A DNA stretch of 58,751 nt from a virus (taxonomy: Duplodnaviria; Caudoviricetes): positions 1-58,751 of the IMG/VR virus record IMGVR_UViG_3300035190_001906; one strand, written 5' to 3'. The notes under the pieces were generated by a model that saw only the letters and a list, made by a program, of their open reading frames with translations, did not search any database and was not told where the DNA came from. Positions 1 through 15,300 of the stretch are shown piece by piece (position 1 is the stretch's first letter; every line of letters starts with the position of its first letter). Position numbers and translations under genes: made by a program.

Positions 1-4
1 TTCG

Positions 5-49
5 TTAGGAAGCGATCGCGTTTTATAAATATCTGCGATCGCTTCCTAA
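5..49. terminator. HIP1-armed inverted repeat (TTAGGAAGCGATCGC-N15-GCGATCGCTTCCTAA)
   Basis: Perfect 15-bp arms, each containing GCGATCGC; intergenic. Confidence 0.55.
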
Positions 50-62
50 TAACAAAATTCCG

Positions 63-85
63 TGTTAAAATAATCTTGTTGAGTT
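63..85 (+). promoter_or_regulatory. Extended -10 promoter motif TGnTAAAAT-N6-GTTGAGTT (copy 1)
   Basis: The same TAAAAT-N6-GTTGAGTT spacing recurs at 26487 and 44496. Confidence 0.5.
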
Positions 86-241
86 TTCAATTACCATTGA
101 ATACAGAATTTTAATTGAACTTGAGATTTTAAATGAATCACGAAAGTTTTTCGAGAAAAACTTCAATGATTTGATTATATTACATTGTGATTACGGTTTA
201 TGTAATCAACTTGAGTTGTTGGATGAATAAATACAAACAAC

Positions 242-303
242 TGCTACAATAACAGAGCAACCCTAAAACGGGGCAAGTCTAACGACTTGTCCCGTTTTGT
301 TTT
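242..303 (+). promoter_or_regulatory. Extended -10 (TGcTACAAT) plus CCTAAAACGGG hairpin and U-tract upstream of TMP
   Basis: Stem 265-279/284-298 with loop TAAC; motif shared with 32387, 33571 and 44781. Confidence 0.65.
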
Positions 304-319
304 GGACAATTGACTCCCA

Positions 320-3300
320 ATGGAAGAAACAGATCGCTACGGCCTATTCGCGCAATACGACTTTGAGTTGACGGGTGCATCCTTGAAAAATATGGCATCC
401 GTGCGATCGCAATTGTCTGGATTAGAGAAGGGAATTGCCAGGGTTGCCGATGCCGTTAATAAATCGGATTTTGGCCGTGGGTTAGAATCTGCATCTCGTC
501 GCGCTCAAAAATCTACCTCCAAAGCGGGTACAGAAATTGATGAGTTAGCTCAGTCCTTGAAACTTGCTGAGAAAAGGCTGAAACCTCTAAAAAGAGAGTT
601 TAGAGCCTTACGAGCCGAAATTCGGAATGTTGATTTTGGGGGGGTAGAAGATAAGGGTAAGTTCCGACAAGCTGCACGGGAAGTCAAGAATTATGTCGCT
701 ACACTTAAAACTTTAGAATCCCAAATTGAGGGGAATACCGCAGCCGAACGGGAATTTGCTGCAACACTAAAAGCGCAACAACGTATCTCTAGTTCCAAAC
801 TTGAGATGCAGATGCAACAACGAACTGCTGCCCTGTCTGCTCAAAGGATTGGGGAGTTTTCTGCACTCAGAGATATTGGTAGAAATGCCCTGATTCCGAT
901 TAATCAGGAAATAGATAAAGGGGTTAATCTATTCTCCGCCTTTGATGACTCAATGGCTTCCGTTGGAGCAGTGTCGGGAGCAACGGGAAAAGACCTGGAG
1001 AAGTTGCGCCAAACAGCTAAAAATTTAGGAGCTTCAACTCGCTACACTTCTTTCCAAGCTGCGGAAGCTGAAAAATATTTAGCAACAGCCGGGTTCAAAA
1101 CGGCTCAAATTTTAGGGACAGTTTCTAATGCCCTGGAATTAGCTTCTGCTGGGGAATTGGACTTGGCTCGGTCTGCCGATATTTCCTCAAACATCCTGTC
1201 CGGTTTTCGACTCAAAGCGGAACAGTTGTCTTCCGTTGTTGATACCCTTGCCCTAACTTCCGCCTCAGCCAATACGAACATCGAACAATTGGGTATAGCT
1301 ATGACCTACGCTGCACCCCCCGCATCTTTGTTCGGAGCTTCGATTGAGGAAACCTCAGCTTTTATTGGGGTCATGTCCAACGCTGGTATTCAGGCAGATA
1401 AAGCGGGTACGGCTGCTAGGAGTGCATTTTTACGTTTAGCTTCCCCAGTTAAACAAGGGAAAGTTGCTTTAGATTCATTAGGGATTTCAACAATTGATAG
1501 TTCTGGCAACCTCAGAAACTTTGTTGATTTGATGTCTGAAATTTCTGATAAATTAGCCCTCGATCCTGAAACCCTGAAAAAAATTCAGATGGCAGGGGGA
1601 GATTTAGAGTTAATCGAAAATGCTATTCCTGATAGTAAAAAAATTGAAGCCCTCAAGGGAATTTTTGGAACTACCGGAATTTCTGGGGCAACCGCAGCTT
1701 TAACTCAAATGGCTGAATTTAAACGTTTAAGTTTGGCTAACTTAGCTTCCAGTTCTAACACTGACCAGATAACCCAATATTTCAGTCAGATGGGAGTCAA
1801 GGTTGCCGAGGGTCAGGATATTTTCACTGCGATTGGTGAACAAGCCCCAGATTACCAAACCGCAGCTTCCTTAATTACCCAAGCTAATTCTCAATTAATG
1901 CAGTCCAACCTGCAAACCCTGTCCTCCCTCCAACGCAATAAACTTTACGAATATTTCAAGGTTTCTAAGGACAAAGATCTATTCACTGAAATTACCCGCT
2001 CAACCCAAGACTCTCAAGAATCTGTTTCCCGACTCAACACCGCTATGAGTTATTTAGGAGTTGAGATGAAGGTCGAGACTCGCGCTGCCCGTCAAATGGC
2101 AAAAACGATGGAGGATAACTTAGCGGGGTCATTTAGAGCATTAGCGTCCGCCGCAGAAGCCGTTTATATTAACTTAATCGAACCACTCTCCCCAATTCTT
2201 CGACTTGTTATTAATGGCATAACTAAGGTTTTGTTAGTTGTTGCTAATGCCCCTTACCCAATCCGTCTCTTAATTGGATCTGTTATTGGGTTGACCGCAG
2301 CAATGGCGGCAACTGCTGTAGCTGTAGGAACCGTTGGATTTTTCTTGTTCTCGTTTTCTCAAGCCGCTGCAACGGCCGCGATCGCATCTCAAACCCTTGC
2401 ATCTGGATTAATACCCTTAACTGGCTTTTTTCAATCCTCGATGCTGGGATTTATTGGTACTAACCCCCTGGAGACTTTCTTTCAATACAACACTGAGTTA
2501 GCTAGTGATTTTTCGTTGGCGTGGAAAAGAACCAGTCAAAAAACCGTTGGGGGATTGGGGGGGATTTATAAAGCCGTTGTCACTGTCACCAAAGCCACCT
2601 TCCTGTTGTCACGGGCATTTTTGTTTTCACCCATAACGTTATGGGTAGGATCGTTTTTACTGTTAAACGCCTTCATTGAGCAAGCAATTCCAGGGTTCAA
2701 TTTACTCGGTTCCGCCCTGAGTCTTGTTACCGCACCCCTGGGATTTATTTGGGGATTAATCAAGGGTATTGGCCAATCCTTGATGGAAGTATTGGGGATT
2801 GTCGGGGGCGGAACTATTGGTGTTTTAGCTGCTCCGATTCATACCTTCACTAACGCCCTGAATAACGCCCTGGAAACTTTTAAATCATTTTCAGATCGAG
2901 GGGAAGAACTGGGATTGTATTTGGGACGGTCGATTGTTGCCCCGATTGAAAACGCTGCAATTTTGATTGATACAATTTGGCAACAAGTTTTGGGAGGGAT
3001 TCAACTTGTTTCTATGCTTGCGGTGATGTGGATACAGGGGGCATGGCAAGGATTTGTTGATCGCTTCAAACAAATTCTGCAACCTGTCGTTACTATCGCC
3101 CTGACTATTGCCCAACAATTAATTAATGCCTTAAACCACAACCCTACAGAACGGATTCCCGAAGCATGGCACAAAGCCGTAACCTTAATTAAAGGATACC
3201 TGTCGGACTTATTAAAATTTGCTCAAGATATCGGGAATAGAATTGCTGAAACTGGAATTGCGATCGCAACTTATTTCCAAAACCTAATTCAATCCATCGC

Positions 3301-6300
3301 TAATACCGTTGGTGTTATTGGCACAGTCTTTAGAATTGTTGGCAAAGGAATATCCCTACTCTTTAAAGCATTTGTTTTTATTGAAACCAAGGCAATTCAA
3401 GGGATTTTCTTGTTAGGGGAAGCAACAATTTGGCTATATAAAACCCTGTTTACCGTTGGACTTCAAGCCATCGACATCCTCAAGAAGACTTATGATCAAG
3501 CCTTTGAGACAATTCAAATTTTTAGCTCCGCCTTTGGATATGGAGAATTTTCACCCGATGACCGTGCGATCGCACGTCAAACCTTAATTCTCGGAACCCT
3601 AAATAGCATTGGTGCTGCCTTTGGGTTAGTAGCTCAGGGCGGAAGAAAGGTAGTTGATGTGTTCTATAGTATCAATAGCTTAGTGACTCAATCCATTGAG
3701 AAGTTTGATTTATTAACCCTGGCTTTGATGACCGCAGCATCTCTCCCTATGACTTTGATTGGGATGTTAGATGAAGCTGCTCATTTAATTATTCCAGAGT
3801 TAGCGTTACTGACTCAACCGGGATTATTCAAAGCCCTAGTCTATGCTATGCCTGGAATTATTGCCACCGCTACGGCAACTGGGATAACTCAAGGATTCCA
3901 AAAAGGGTTTACAAATGCGATCGCTAAACTTCCAGATCAATTAATTGGAACCGTTGACTGGGTACACAGCTTAATCCCTCAAGATTTGCGTGATGAAATT
4001 AATTTCGCTTTGTCTGACGTATTTAATCGTCCGGTTGATACCAGCGCAGTGTACACCCAAACTCGCGGTTTCCTAGATAATCAATTTAGATCGTTTACCG
4101 ACTACCTACAGCAAGTTGGTCAAACCATCAAAGAATCAAGTATTGCATTTCGGGAGTTTCTCAAGCCGTTCCTAGAATATGACATTCTAGGGGTTGCAGT
4201 TATCCCAGCCCTGACTACAATTATTCCCGCGTTTCAAGCCTTCTGGGAAGTTTTAAAAGCTCCTTCTGTTGCTGGGATTCTGAAATACCTAACTTTTACT
4301 GTTCTTCCGGCTTTAGGTCAAACTATTTTAGCGATCGCAGAATACCTTAATAACATTCGCTTAATCGTAATGCTTCCTTTTGTAAGCGTTGCTGTGCGGA
4401 TGATTCAAATTTTAACCGAGAAAATTCAATCCTTAATTCCTCAAATCTCCAATCTAAGGAAAACTTTACTGGCATTATCTAAAACTTTAGGGGTATTAGC
4501 TGTTCAAGGAATTGCTTCATTTTTACGGACAATTCCTTATGTGGGAACTTTCTTGGCTAACAACTTCCTGTTAATTGTAGATGTCATTGCTACCAGCTTC
4601 CCAATTTATATCAACCTGTTGAAACGCTTTATTTCCGTTGATATGTTGAAAGCGTTAATTCCTGCCTACGCCAAGGTTGTTAAGGGAATAGCCACAGGGA
4701 TTATCTATATGTTTGAGCAGGGATTTAAACCCCTAGCTCAACTATTATTCAAAGCCCTGAATCCTTTTGGGACGTTTAAGTTATTGGGTTTATATTTTAA
4801 AACTCAAGGCTTTAAAGGATTAATTAAGACCCCACAGTTATTAGATGTCTTCGGAGTTCTTAACTTTATTAACCCGTTTGATGTCCTGTTCTCAGTTTCT
4901 AAGAATGTAAATGCGTTCGTTAAACTATTCACGAATAGTGCAGAATTTTCTTATGACATGGTTTTGAAAAAGCAGACGATGTTATTCCAGTCGCTTAAAA
5001 CTAATAGCCCTGCATTTTATAAATATATGCGAATGGGAGCATTGATTCCCTTAGAAGAATTATTAGAACAATCTCCTGCCCTGGTTAAATTCTTTGTTCA
5101 ATTGACCAGGGGATTGATGATGATTTCCCCAATCGTGCAAATTGTTGGGCGAATAGCTTTAGCATTTACGGTTTGGTATCAAATCCTTAAACCCGTGAAT
5201 GAGGAGATGTTGAGCGCGATCGCTGCTACAGAAGTTATGGGGTATAAGCTGAAATTACTGGCTGATACCATTCGAGTATTGCGGTTTTTGGTGGTAGATG
5301 GTTCAGATGCGTTTATCTGGTTTGCTTTCTTTGTTCCCAAGGCGATTAATGCTGTTGTCGTTGCCTTCAGAGTTTTAGGGGATACTGCCTATTACGTCCT
5401 GCACGATGTCATTAGTTTAGGGATTTTAGGATTTAATGCTTTAAAAATTACCGTTATTAATCCTCTCGTAGTTGCCTTAATTGGTGCAACTGTCGCTTTA
5501 AGGGCTTTCTTAACTGTTGTCCAATACGCCTTGATATTTATTCGCCTAAAAACCCAACAATACGGTGATGCTATTCACAAAGGGTTTGGGGCTGTGATGC
5601 AGCAAATAGCTAGTGATGTTTGGGGTGTAATTAGTTTTCTTGGTATCCAACTTAGTAACGCCTTTGTTCTGATAACTTCTGCTGTTCACAGGACTTGGAA
5701 ATCTTTGACTGGTTTGGTAGGTGCGATCGCGCATGAAATTTATTTAATTCTCGTTGACCCCGTTGGGGAATTTAATCGACTGTTGATATTGTTGGTGGGA
5801 GAAGTTAATAACCAAATTGAAAGAACAGGAACCCTATTAGACCGACTCCCATTCAAATCTTTAATTGTATTAGTCCAGAAGTATTGGCGGGAATTGATGT
5901 TTGCAGGAGGGATTGCTTTGCAATTTGTCAAAGCCCTAAATCCTGCGGTGCGGATTAGTTTGTTGTTAATAGATTTAGCTTTAGCGTTAGTCAATGAATA
6001 TGAGACTGGATTTAAGCGATTAGATGCAATTATTCAGGCATTAAGTCATCCTATTGCATTGTTAGATTCCATGATTAAGGGACTGGTTAGCTTCCTGCAA
6101 GGAGGTTTCATCCCCTTAGATGCTGCGGATTGGATTTCCAAATTTATTGCTGGCTTTATCAAGATGATTCCCGTTGTCATGGGAGGATTCTTTGTTGTAG
6201 CTCTCTTGATTAAGCGAGATGTGGGGGGAGCCTTCCAATTGGTTTCCGACAAGGTATTGTTATTTATTGGTCGGATTATCCAAGCGGTTGATGCAGTAAA

Positions 6301-9300
6301 ATCCCTTGGCTATTCTATTAGTCGTATTTACAAAGGGGATTTAGTTCAAATGAACCTTTTAAATACTATTCACGGTGTCCGTTCTAAAGATAATTTCGGC
6401 CCAATTCAAAACCCGTTTGCCTATTCTCAAGATCCCGTTCAACAACAATACGCCGTAGGGATTGGTGATCAACGCAAACAGAAAGCACAAGCCCTGTTGA
6501 GCTACCAGAAAGAACTGGACTACATGGCTAGACAGGAACAGAAAAGAGCAGAACGAGAATTAATTCGGAGAGCTAAAACGAGCCATCCTGACTTAATGAA
6601 TCCAGAGCATAGTTTTTACATGGATTCCCCTGATCAACCTGGGGTTAAAGTTAGAATGTCTGGCGCACAGGTTGAGAAGCGTCGAAATCGGTTTGGAATT
6701 GAGGGATATCAAGTAACCCAATTGGGTCGTAGCGTTATGGGCGCTGCAAACCAAGGATATAATGCTTTTCGATATGGGGAAAGTTATGAAGCAGAGGAAG
6801 CTCGGAAACAAGCTGCGAAAAAATCAGGACTAGCTAGTGTTTACCAACAATATCACGGTCATGATCTAAAACCCGATCACTTAGCTAGGTTATCAGCAAC
6901 AACCAACGATGAAGAAAATATATTTACTCGCAACAGTCTAGCCCCACTTCTTAGATCATTCCAAGATTTCTTTGAAAATATTCATGTTAAAGATTTTAAG
7001 GTCAATGATTTCTATGTTGGGCGTTTAATAGACACTAAATTAAAGAGTGGAATGATGACTCCTAAATCCTTGGATTACCAAGTGGAATCATTTTTGAATC
7101 CGCCCGTAGGAATGGCAAGTTTGTCATCAAATCATCAGGAAGTTTTAAAAAAATATGTGCCAACAGCATCTATACCTACACCGTGGGAACATTCCGAGAT
7201 GGGTGTGAAAGGACTGTACGGCTTGGATGCGTCTAGGTTTGAAGTTGAACGTGAGAGAATGATAAGGGAGTATAAAGAAAGATTAATCAAGTCCCTTGAT
7301 GATCCAAAATATAGTAGGACACACTTTTTTGGTACAGATATGGGTTCGGGCATTGGTACTAGCAATATTGGAGGAGGATCTGTAAATCAATTTTCGTCAG
7401 TGTCAAATGAATTAACACGCGAATTAAATCAAATTATTAGTAATGCGTTTGGCAAAATAAATAGCGGTACAGATAAAGAAACAGCAACTCGTTTAATAAA
7501 AGAGTTTCAATTAGAATTTCAACAATATCAAGCTAAAATGATGGCAAATAATTTGCCTTCTACTCATCGAGATCAGTTCTTGGATTTCACTGAAGCAAAT
7601 TCTAGGGCGATTACGATGGGAGATAACTTTTCTGGGGGTAAAATAGCCACTGGATTTGATGTTATCACTCAAGGGATTACTAACGTTCGTTTGTCTGCTA
7701 ACAGAGCTTCCGGTGAATTAACGGATGAATTGGGCGCAACACGAAAATCATTAATGAGTTTAATAGTGGAATCAACTGGGATTCCTAAAATGCTTGAATC
7801 TTTAAACATTAATAATTTATTAGGTCGCCAAGTTCGGAGTACCGAAAGAAAAGTCAATCGCAACAATCGACAAGCCGAGAAGTTCAAAAGACTTGCCCTT
7901 TATCACCGAGAAACTGGTCTGAGAGCATTCCTGGCGAACAAAGGACATACGGACAGTAATCCTGATACTGCGTTAACTAATTACGGGACGGCGAATAATG
8001 TTGGGGAAGATACGATTTCTGTTTTAAAAAATTGGAGGCAAACAGGTAAATTCCAGAGGGAATTAAGTAGTAAAGAACAGGGGCATATTACTGATTTTTC
8101 TACAACTATAAGAACACAACTGGAACGCTATAACGAGACACAACACTTAGATAATAAAGTCAATGATTTGAACAGCCTTGCTAGGATGATGAACCGACTT
8201 GCTTTGGATAAGACAAAACCGGATTTCAACTCTGGCCATGTTCAGGATTTAGTGAAATTTTTAGAACACGGCGTTATGGCTGATGACGCTAAAGGGAATG
8301 GTATTATCCAAAAAAGGCTGAATGAAATTTTATTGAGTATAAATAGTGCATTAGGTACTGGTGGTAGTGATGCGTGGACTTCTACGATGTTGGAAGAAAT
8401 TAAAGGTAATATTGGTAGGAATAAAGAACCCAAGGACAAAGATAATCTACTTAAAATTATTCGACAAGTTATGTTGAGTGACAAAAAGTTTGATCCAGAT
8501 AAGTTTTTTGTAAGAGCAGATAAAGATGCGATCGCAAAAGAAATGGGATTCCGCTACGAAAGTCAATTGCGAAAAATAGGTGAGACTAAACTTGCTAATC
8601 CCATTCAACAACTCAAGCAGTCCGTCAGGGATTATATCTTCCAGTTTGAGGAAAATATGCTTACCTTCCATCTGGAAAATATAGATACTTTGGGCAGGGC
8701 TAAGGAATTTTTACTGAGAAGATTGAAACTAGAGAAGCTCCCATTTGGGAATATTGCCGGGCGTTTAGATTCTATTATCAATGCTTACTCATCTTTCGCT
8801 GACAAAATTAAAGATCAATATTTAAGATTAAAAGGCACGGGCAAAGAAAACTTAGGCAAGATGAGTACATTCTTCAATGAAAGGATTAACTTTAAATCTT
8901 CAATTGATAGAGCTATATCTAAATTCAAGACAGCTAAATCAGGCAATATTGAAGGTTTCTTGGAGATGGTTAGTGAACGACAAAAAACAAAAGTAACTCG
9001 CCGTTTGCTACAGGCTAATTTCTATGGACAAATGTTAACGTCTGGTGTGGATCAAGCGGATGCACGGAAAGCTATGTTGGCTCTATATAAAAGACAGGGT
9101 GATAGCAAAACCTTGAGACAGGAGATGAAGGGATTTGATCTTGAGGATACTACCATCGCATCCATCGAAAAAGTTTTATCTCAAATCACAAACTTAAAGC
9201 AAGATGAGATTTCTAGGCATCTTATGGACAAACAAGGATTGAGCTTAAAAGGGATGATGCCGATTCAATTCTATATTGCTCAAGAAATTCCTGGGATTTT

Positions 9301-12300
9301 AAAAGGGTTGTTTAAGGATGTCCGTGCTATTACTGGTGCAGCAATTAAGGTTTCTAAAATAGATAAAATCATTGGCAAAATCTTTACCGATGTTGCTGCT
9401 GGTTTGCAACAGACAATTGCACCCAAGATGAGTTCCTTTGTGTTCCGTCAAGCTCGTATTCTTTCGGGTTTATCCCTCTCTGTCTCTAATATTATCCGAC
9501 GCACCTTTGGGGAGAATGTTATCGAAAAGTGGTTTGTTGGTTTATCCAAGACTTTATTTGATAGTTCCATAAAACTTAGGGCAGATATCAAAATATTAGG
9601 AAAAGACTCTAAATCTTATACCGCTAAATTATTAGATGCAGGTCAATTCTTATTTAAAACTTTATCAAATGGAATCATATCTGCTGCTAAAGCCCTAGCA
9701 AATCCTAAGTCTATTTGGATATCTATTCAAGGATTCTTTGGTAAGGTTAAAAACTTCTTCGGTAAATTATTCCCTAAACGCCCTGGAACGTTAGCGGAAG
9801 TTGATCAACAAATTGCTCGAAATCAAATGATCAAGACAAGATCTGAACGTTTGATGGGAAGCAAGAATCTTGGTGAAACCCAAAAAGCTAAAGCCAATAA
9901 ACTATATCAATCTAGTAATCGGGAGTTGGATCGTTTACAAGCAGAACGATTTGCACTTACCAGCACTCCCGAAGCAATTGCAGAGAAAGTGATGGGTTTA
10001 TCGCATAAAATTACACAGAAACAAAGTACGGCTCTTAGAAGAAAATCGCAAATTGAAGCCGTAGAAAAACCTTTGTCTGGGTTGGTAGATCCTGAATACA
10101 AAAAATCCGCTCAAGCCTATGAACAATTGCAAGAAAAACACAGGAGGATTAGGGAGCAATTTAAAGCCGAAAATAAACAGTTAATTGAGGGTGATATAGG
10201 TGGTGATCACCGTGCAATCCCCGCAACACTTGACGCAAAGAGAAAACAAAACAAAGAAATCAAGGGAATGGATTCCTCTATCGAAAAGTTAGTAAAGGAT
10301 CTCAATAAATTGAGAGCAAAAGGTTTGAATAATAAAGCACCAGAATATACAGAAATTCTGTCTAAAATCAAGGATTTAGGTATTAAGAGAAAGAAAGCGT
10401 CTTACGGTAAAATGAGTCCTGAAGAAATAATAGAATACGACAATATTTATGATGAGATGGAGGTTCGTATTAAGAAGTTGGGACAGTTAAGTAAACAGAT
10501 TCAAAAATTAGAGAAGCAAAACCCTAATCTTAAACAGCATCGGAAAAAGAGTTATGCAAATACAGTTGGTGAGATTGAATCTCAAAGATCGACACTAAAA
10601 TCTAATTACGAAAATACTTTAGCAGAAATAGAAAAACTAAAAGAACAGAAGAAATTAATATCTGGCAGAACTTCTCCATTCTTGGTGTTTATGACGGATT
10701 TAGCTGTGCTTACACAGAAAGTTGGTCGTAATATTGTCGATCTTGCTACCAATCAAAAATCTAAGAAAATTGATCTGTTTAAACAAACAGCTAAAGATTT
10801 CATGAAGTTTAAGGAAAAAGTCACTCCTTTAGTTAATGAACTGTTTGCTGAATTGATGCAGAAGGGAGCTAATGCAACGGCTCGATTATCTCAATACTTT
10901 GAAAATGTTGCTCGTAGAAGCGCGATCGCATGGAGACGCTCACAACGAGAAGTTGAAGGTAAAACCTGGCCAGGTTGGTTAAAAGCTGCTTATCGAGTCG
11001 GGAAAACCTTGGTGATGACCTTGAATCATGGGACAACTGACGTTATTTCTGAGGCTTGGGGACGAACCCGAATCGCGGCTACCGAGAATATGCAGCAAAT
11101 GGTTGAATCCGCCCATGAAGCAGGGACAGGTATTCAACGAGGGTTAGGTCAATCCCTGGAAAAAACAGAGGGATTTTTCTCAAGATTAAAAGCCGGATTA
11201 ATGGATTGGGCTTTCCCTGTTCGTAAAATTAATCGTCAAATCGAAGCATTAAAACCCGCCCATCAAGCTGCGAAAGAAAGTTATGAATCCCAGAAGGTTT
11301 ATACCTTCAAAGATGAACGGAAAAAACAACAGAAATTTGGGAAATTCAATTCCCTGAATTTACAAATTGAGCAATTAGAAGCCCAAAAAGAAGCTCAACA
11401 GATGATGAACCGATTAGGTCGGTTTATGGGCGGTTTATTCCCCGGTCGTCAATTTAAAACCCCACAACAATATCCGAAATTAGCTCGAATTGCCTTAAAA
11501 CGTTTTCATCGTCGCTTCAATAACTTCTTTGGAGGATTATTTAAAGCAAAAAGCAAGCATCTCCAACTTCCTGCGATGAACTTTAGTAGTCCTCGTATTA
11601 ACGTCGGTCAGTCAATGGAAGATGCTTCTCGGAGAGTAGTCTTAGCGTGGAAACGTGCGGGTCGAGAAATTCGAGGCAAGGAATGGCCGACATTAATTAA
11701 AGCTGCTTCTCGCGTTGGGAAAACTTTAGTTAACTTCCTAAATCACGGCGCTGCTGATGTTACGACCGATGCCTGGGGTCGTACCCAACGCACCACTGCC
11801 CACTCAATGCACCAAATGGCAGAAACCGCCCATCAAACAGGGGGACAAATTCAAAGTACATTTGAACGGGCAATTAATAAAACTATTCATCTGTTTGGAT
11901 TGTTAGGTAAAAGCGTTGGTAACGTTGGTAGAGCAGGGATGGCAATTGGGGGTGTGGTTTCTGCCACTGGGTTTGCTGCCCAATCAGTGTTCTATTCCCT
12001 TAGTAATATTGGCTTAATTGACGAAGAAACCAGTCAGTCTCTCTACAAAGTCACGGAATTAATTAGTATTTTTGGGGCTGTCACTGGACTTGGAACACCA
12101 CTAATAATGGCATTCACCTCCTCGGTATCGGCACTTGGTACTGTTGCCGCAACGGTGGGGACAGCAGTAATGGGATTGGGACGTGCGATGTCCCTTGCTG
12201 TGGGATTAGGCGCATCTCCCTTCGCTCCCTTGGTATTAGGAATCGGAGCCGTGAGTTTAGCTGTATTTGGACTGTACAAAGCCTTTAATGCTAACTTCAT

Positions 12301-15300
12301 GGGGATTCGAGATATTATCCAAAACACCCTAGTTGTCCCCATCGAATTTATCCAATCTGCCTGGGAAGGATTTGTTGCTAAATTCGGCGGGATTCTAACC
12401 CCTATCGTCAAACCCGCATTAGATATCGCTCAACACTTAATCAATGCCCTCAACCACAATCCTACAGAACGGATTCCCGAAGCATGGGAAGGGGCAAAAG
12501 AGAGAATCCAAGGTAGTTTAACCGGATTGGTTGACACGGGGTACAGGGCTGGAAATCAATTAAATCAAGCTCTTGACCCCACAAAAGCAGGAGAACGCAA
12601 ACATTTAGCTGCTGTTGTCAAGGAAAAATTAACAGGGATTAAATTTGAAGATCAAGGTTATTTAGATAGATTTAAACAATGGTTTTCTTCTTTGCAAGAA
12701 AGCATTACGTCCGTATTTAGCCAAAATTTAATAACCAACAATAAGCTAGATATCCAGACCGAATTAATGCAAAAGCAGTTGAAAATTCAGGAATTTCAAC
12801 AAGCTCAAAATTTGTGGAAGACTTTAAGTAACCGCGATCGCAACACTAAAATCCAAGGCTTTTTAGAAAGCAAAGATTGGTTCCAATCTATTAAAGGTGC
12901 TGTCAACAAAACACCGTTAAAAAGCCTTGGAGGAACATTCGCAGGGAAGCAATTAACTAAAGTAGGTGGTTTCCTGGCAATGACCATGGGACTAAGCGGA
13001 GGGCCTTTATTATCACTCTCCTTGGGAATTGGGGCAGTAACTACAGCTTTAGCACTCTTGTATTCAGTCTTTGCTGATGATTTTGGAGGGATTAGAACAA
13101 AGTTAGAAAAGGTGATTGGCAAGATTACACAATTATTTGTGATGTCTGTGCAAGCAATTAAGTCCGCATGGGTTGGATTTGTCAGTTGGTTCTTTGATAT
13201 GCCCTTGGTACAAGCTGCATTGGTTATCGCTAAAGGATTAATCAATGCCTTGAATCACAATCCAACAGAACGAATCCCCGAAGCATGGGAAGGGGCTATT
13301 ACTCGGATCAAAGAGATGTTCGGATGGTTAATTGCTCCTGCACAAGCGATCGCATCTAACTTAACTAATTTATTCAGTCCCGTAACACAATGGTTCTCTG
13401 GTTTGTTTAAACCGAAACAATCTCAATCTACACCCATTCAGAAACATCAATTAATCAATAAAGAAAGTCGATCAATCTCATCTAACTCAATTTGGGAATT
13501 GTTGGTAGCAAAAATTGGATTGCTAATTATCAAGATTACCGAAATTGTTAAATCTTTAAATACTTATAATCAGAAATTTACTCAATTTAACCAGAGATTA
13601 GACGAAAAATTAAATGCTTTAATTCAGAACTTACCTGAAAGGATGCAAGGGAAAAGAAAATCCAACTCAGACATCTATACGGCAATTGGATTCGCAGTTG
13701 CACTGAAAACCAGTGGATTCATGTCGGCAATGCTTGGGTTGTTCAATATCACCAAGGAAATATATGGCTTACTTGCCAAAGGAACTATTCAACAGGGAAT
13801 TAGAAATTATGTTGGCAGCGAGAAATTCACCAACTTCAGAGATAAAGCAAAATCAGTTTCCAGTAAAATCAAACCGTTCCAACCCCTCCTCCCGATTACC
13901 TCATTCTTGGTTCCCCAGGTTGCACCTATAACGGGTTTATTGTCTACCTTTGTTCTGGTAATGGAAGATTTACCTGGATATTTAGAGAAGTTTGGTAAGT
14001 TCATTCCTTGGATTGCTGGGTTGTCGGGAGCATTGTTAGGGGTGGTAACAGTTTTAGAAATTCTCACCCCACACCTTAATGTTTTAGGAGTAATTGCCGG
14101 GGGGATTGGTTTTATATTCCGAGGCATATCCGGTGTAATCACAGGATTTACAGATACACTCAGAAACTTCAACAAGGAAAGTAGTCGAGGTGATTTAAGT
14201 CAACAATCCTCATTCTTCTCGGATTTTGTTCAAACCGCAGGTAAAATTTCTGCCTTGGGTGAATCCTTGGGAACTAAGTTTGGCGAATTTCTAGCATTTG
14301 CTTTCGTTGACCCCATTCAATTCATCATGAGAGCTTGGCTGGGATTCTCGGAATGGTTCTCTAATTTACCTCTGGTCGGTCATGCCCTAAATATTGCCAC
14401 CGGATTAATTAACGCCCTCAACCATAACCCTACAGAACGCATCCCTGAAGCCTGGGATGTGGCAACCAACCGAATCTCTGGAATGTTGGGTGATACTGTC
14501 ACCGTTGCTCAAAAAACAGGGCAACAGATGACAACCGCTTTGAGTTCGGGTGTTGATACTGTTAAATCAGGTGCGATCGCAGTTCGAGATAATTCCGTCA
14601 AGACAGTTCGGAATGTTTTTCTAGGTGATATGAGTCCTTTTGCTGATTTACTTGATAATATTTTTCGAGACAACCTGAGATTTTCTACACAACAAATTTT
14701 TTCAGTGTTAGTGTCTGTTCTTGGCGTTCAAAATCAGATATTAGCTGAAACTCGAAAAGTAGTTGAACAAGCGATCGCAATCAACACAACAATTCAAGGA
14801 CTCAACCAAACCGTCTCCGGTTTCAATACTTCTATTGACAATACAACTGACAAATCAATCTTAGATGAAGTCACAAAATTCAATACTAATCTCGCGGTTG
14901 TGCAGGAATATTTAAAACCGAAACCTGTTGTTGCTCCAGAAAGGGGTGAAAAAGTCGCAAAATCTAATGCTAATTGGTTTGATCATTTATTTAATAATCC
15001 AATGTCGGAACAAATTGCTTTGCGGCAAAACCAATTGATTCAAGAAATGGTTAACAACAGTAAATCCAGTAGTTTAACTTTAAGCTCTGAATTTTCTAAG
15101 TACGTTTTTAAAGAAGAAAAAACAGGTAAAACCGAGTTAACAAAAGAAGGTCAAATCTATTTAGAGACAAAAATAGCAAAAGAATATCGAGATCATGAAG
15201 GTGCTTTTTCCAAAGAATTTGTACAATATTTTGCAACCAAGTACGGTAGAACCAAGGAACAAGTTTATCAAGAAGGTTTACAGAAACAACCTATTATAAA

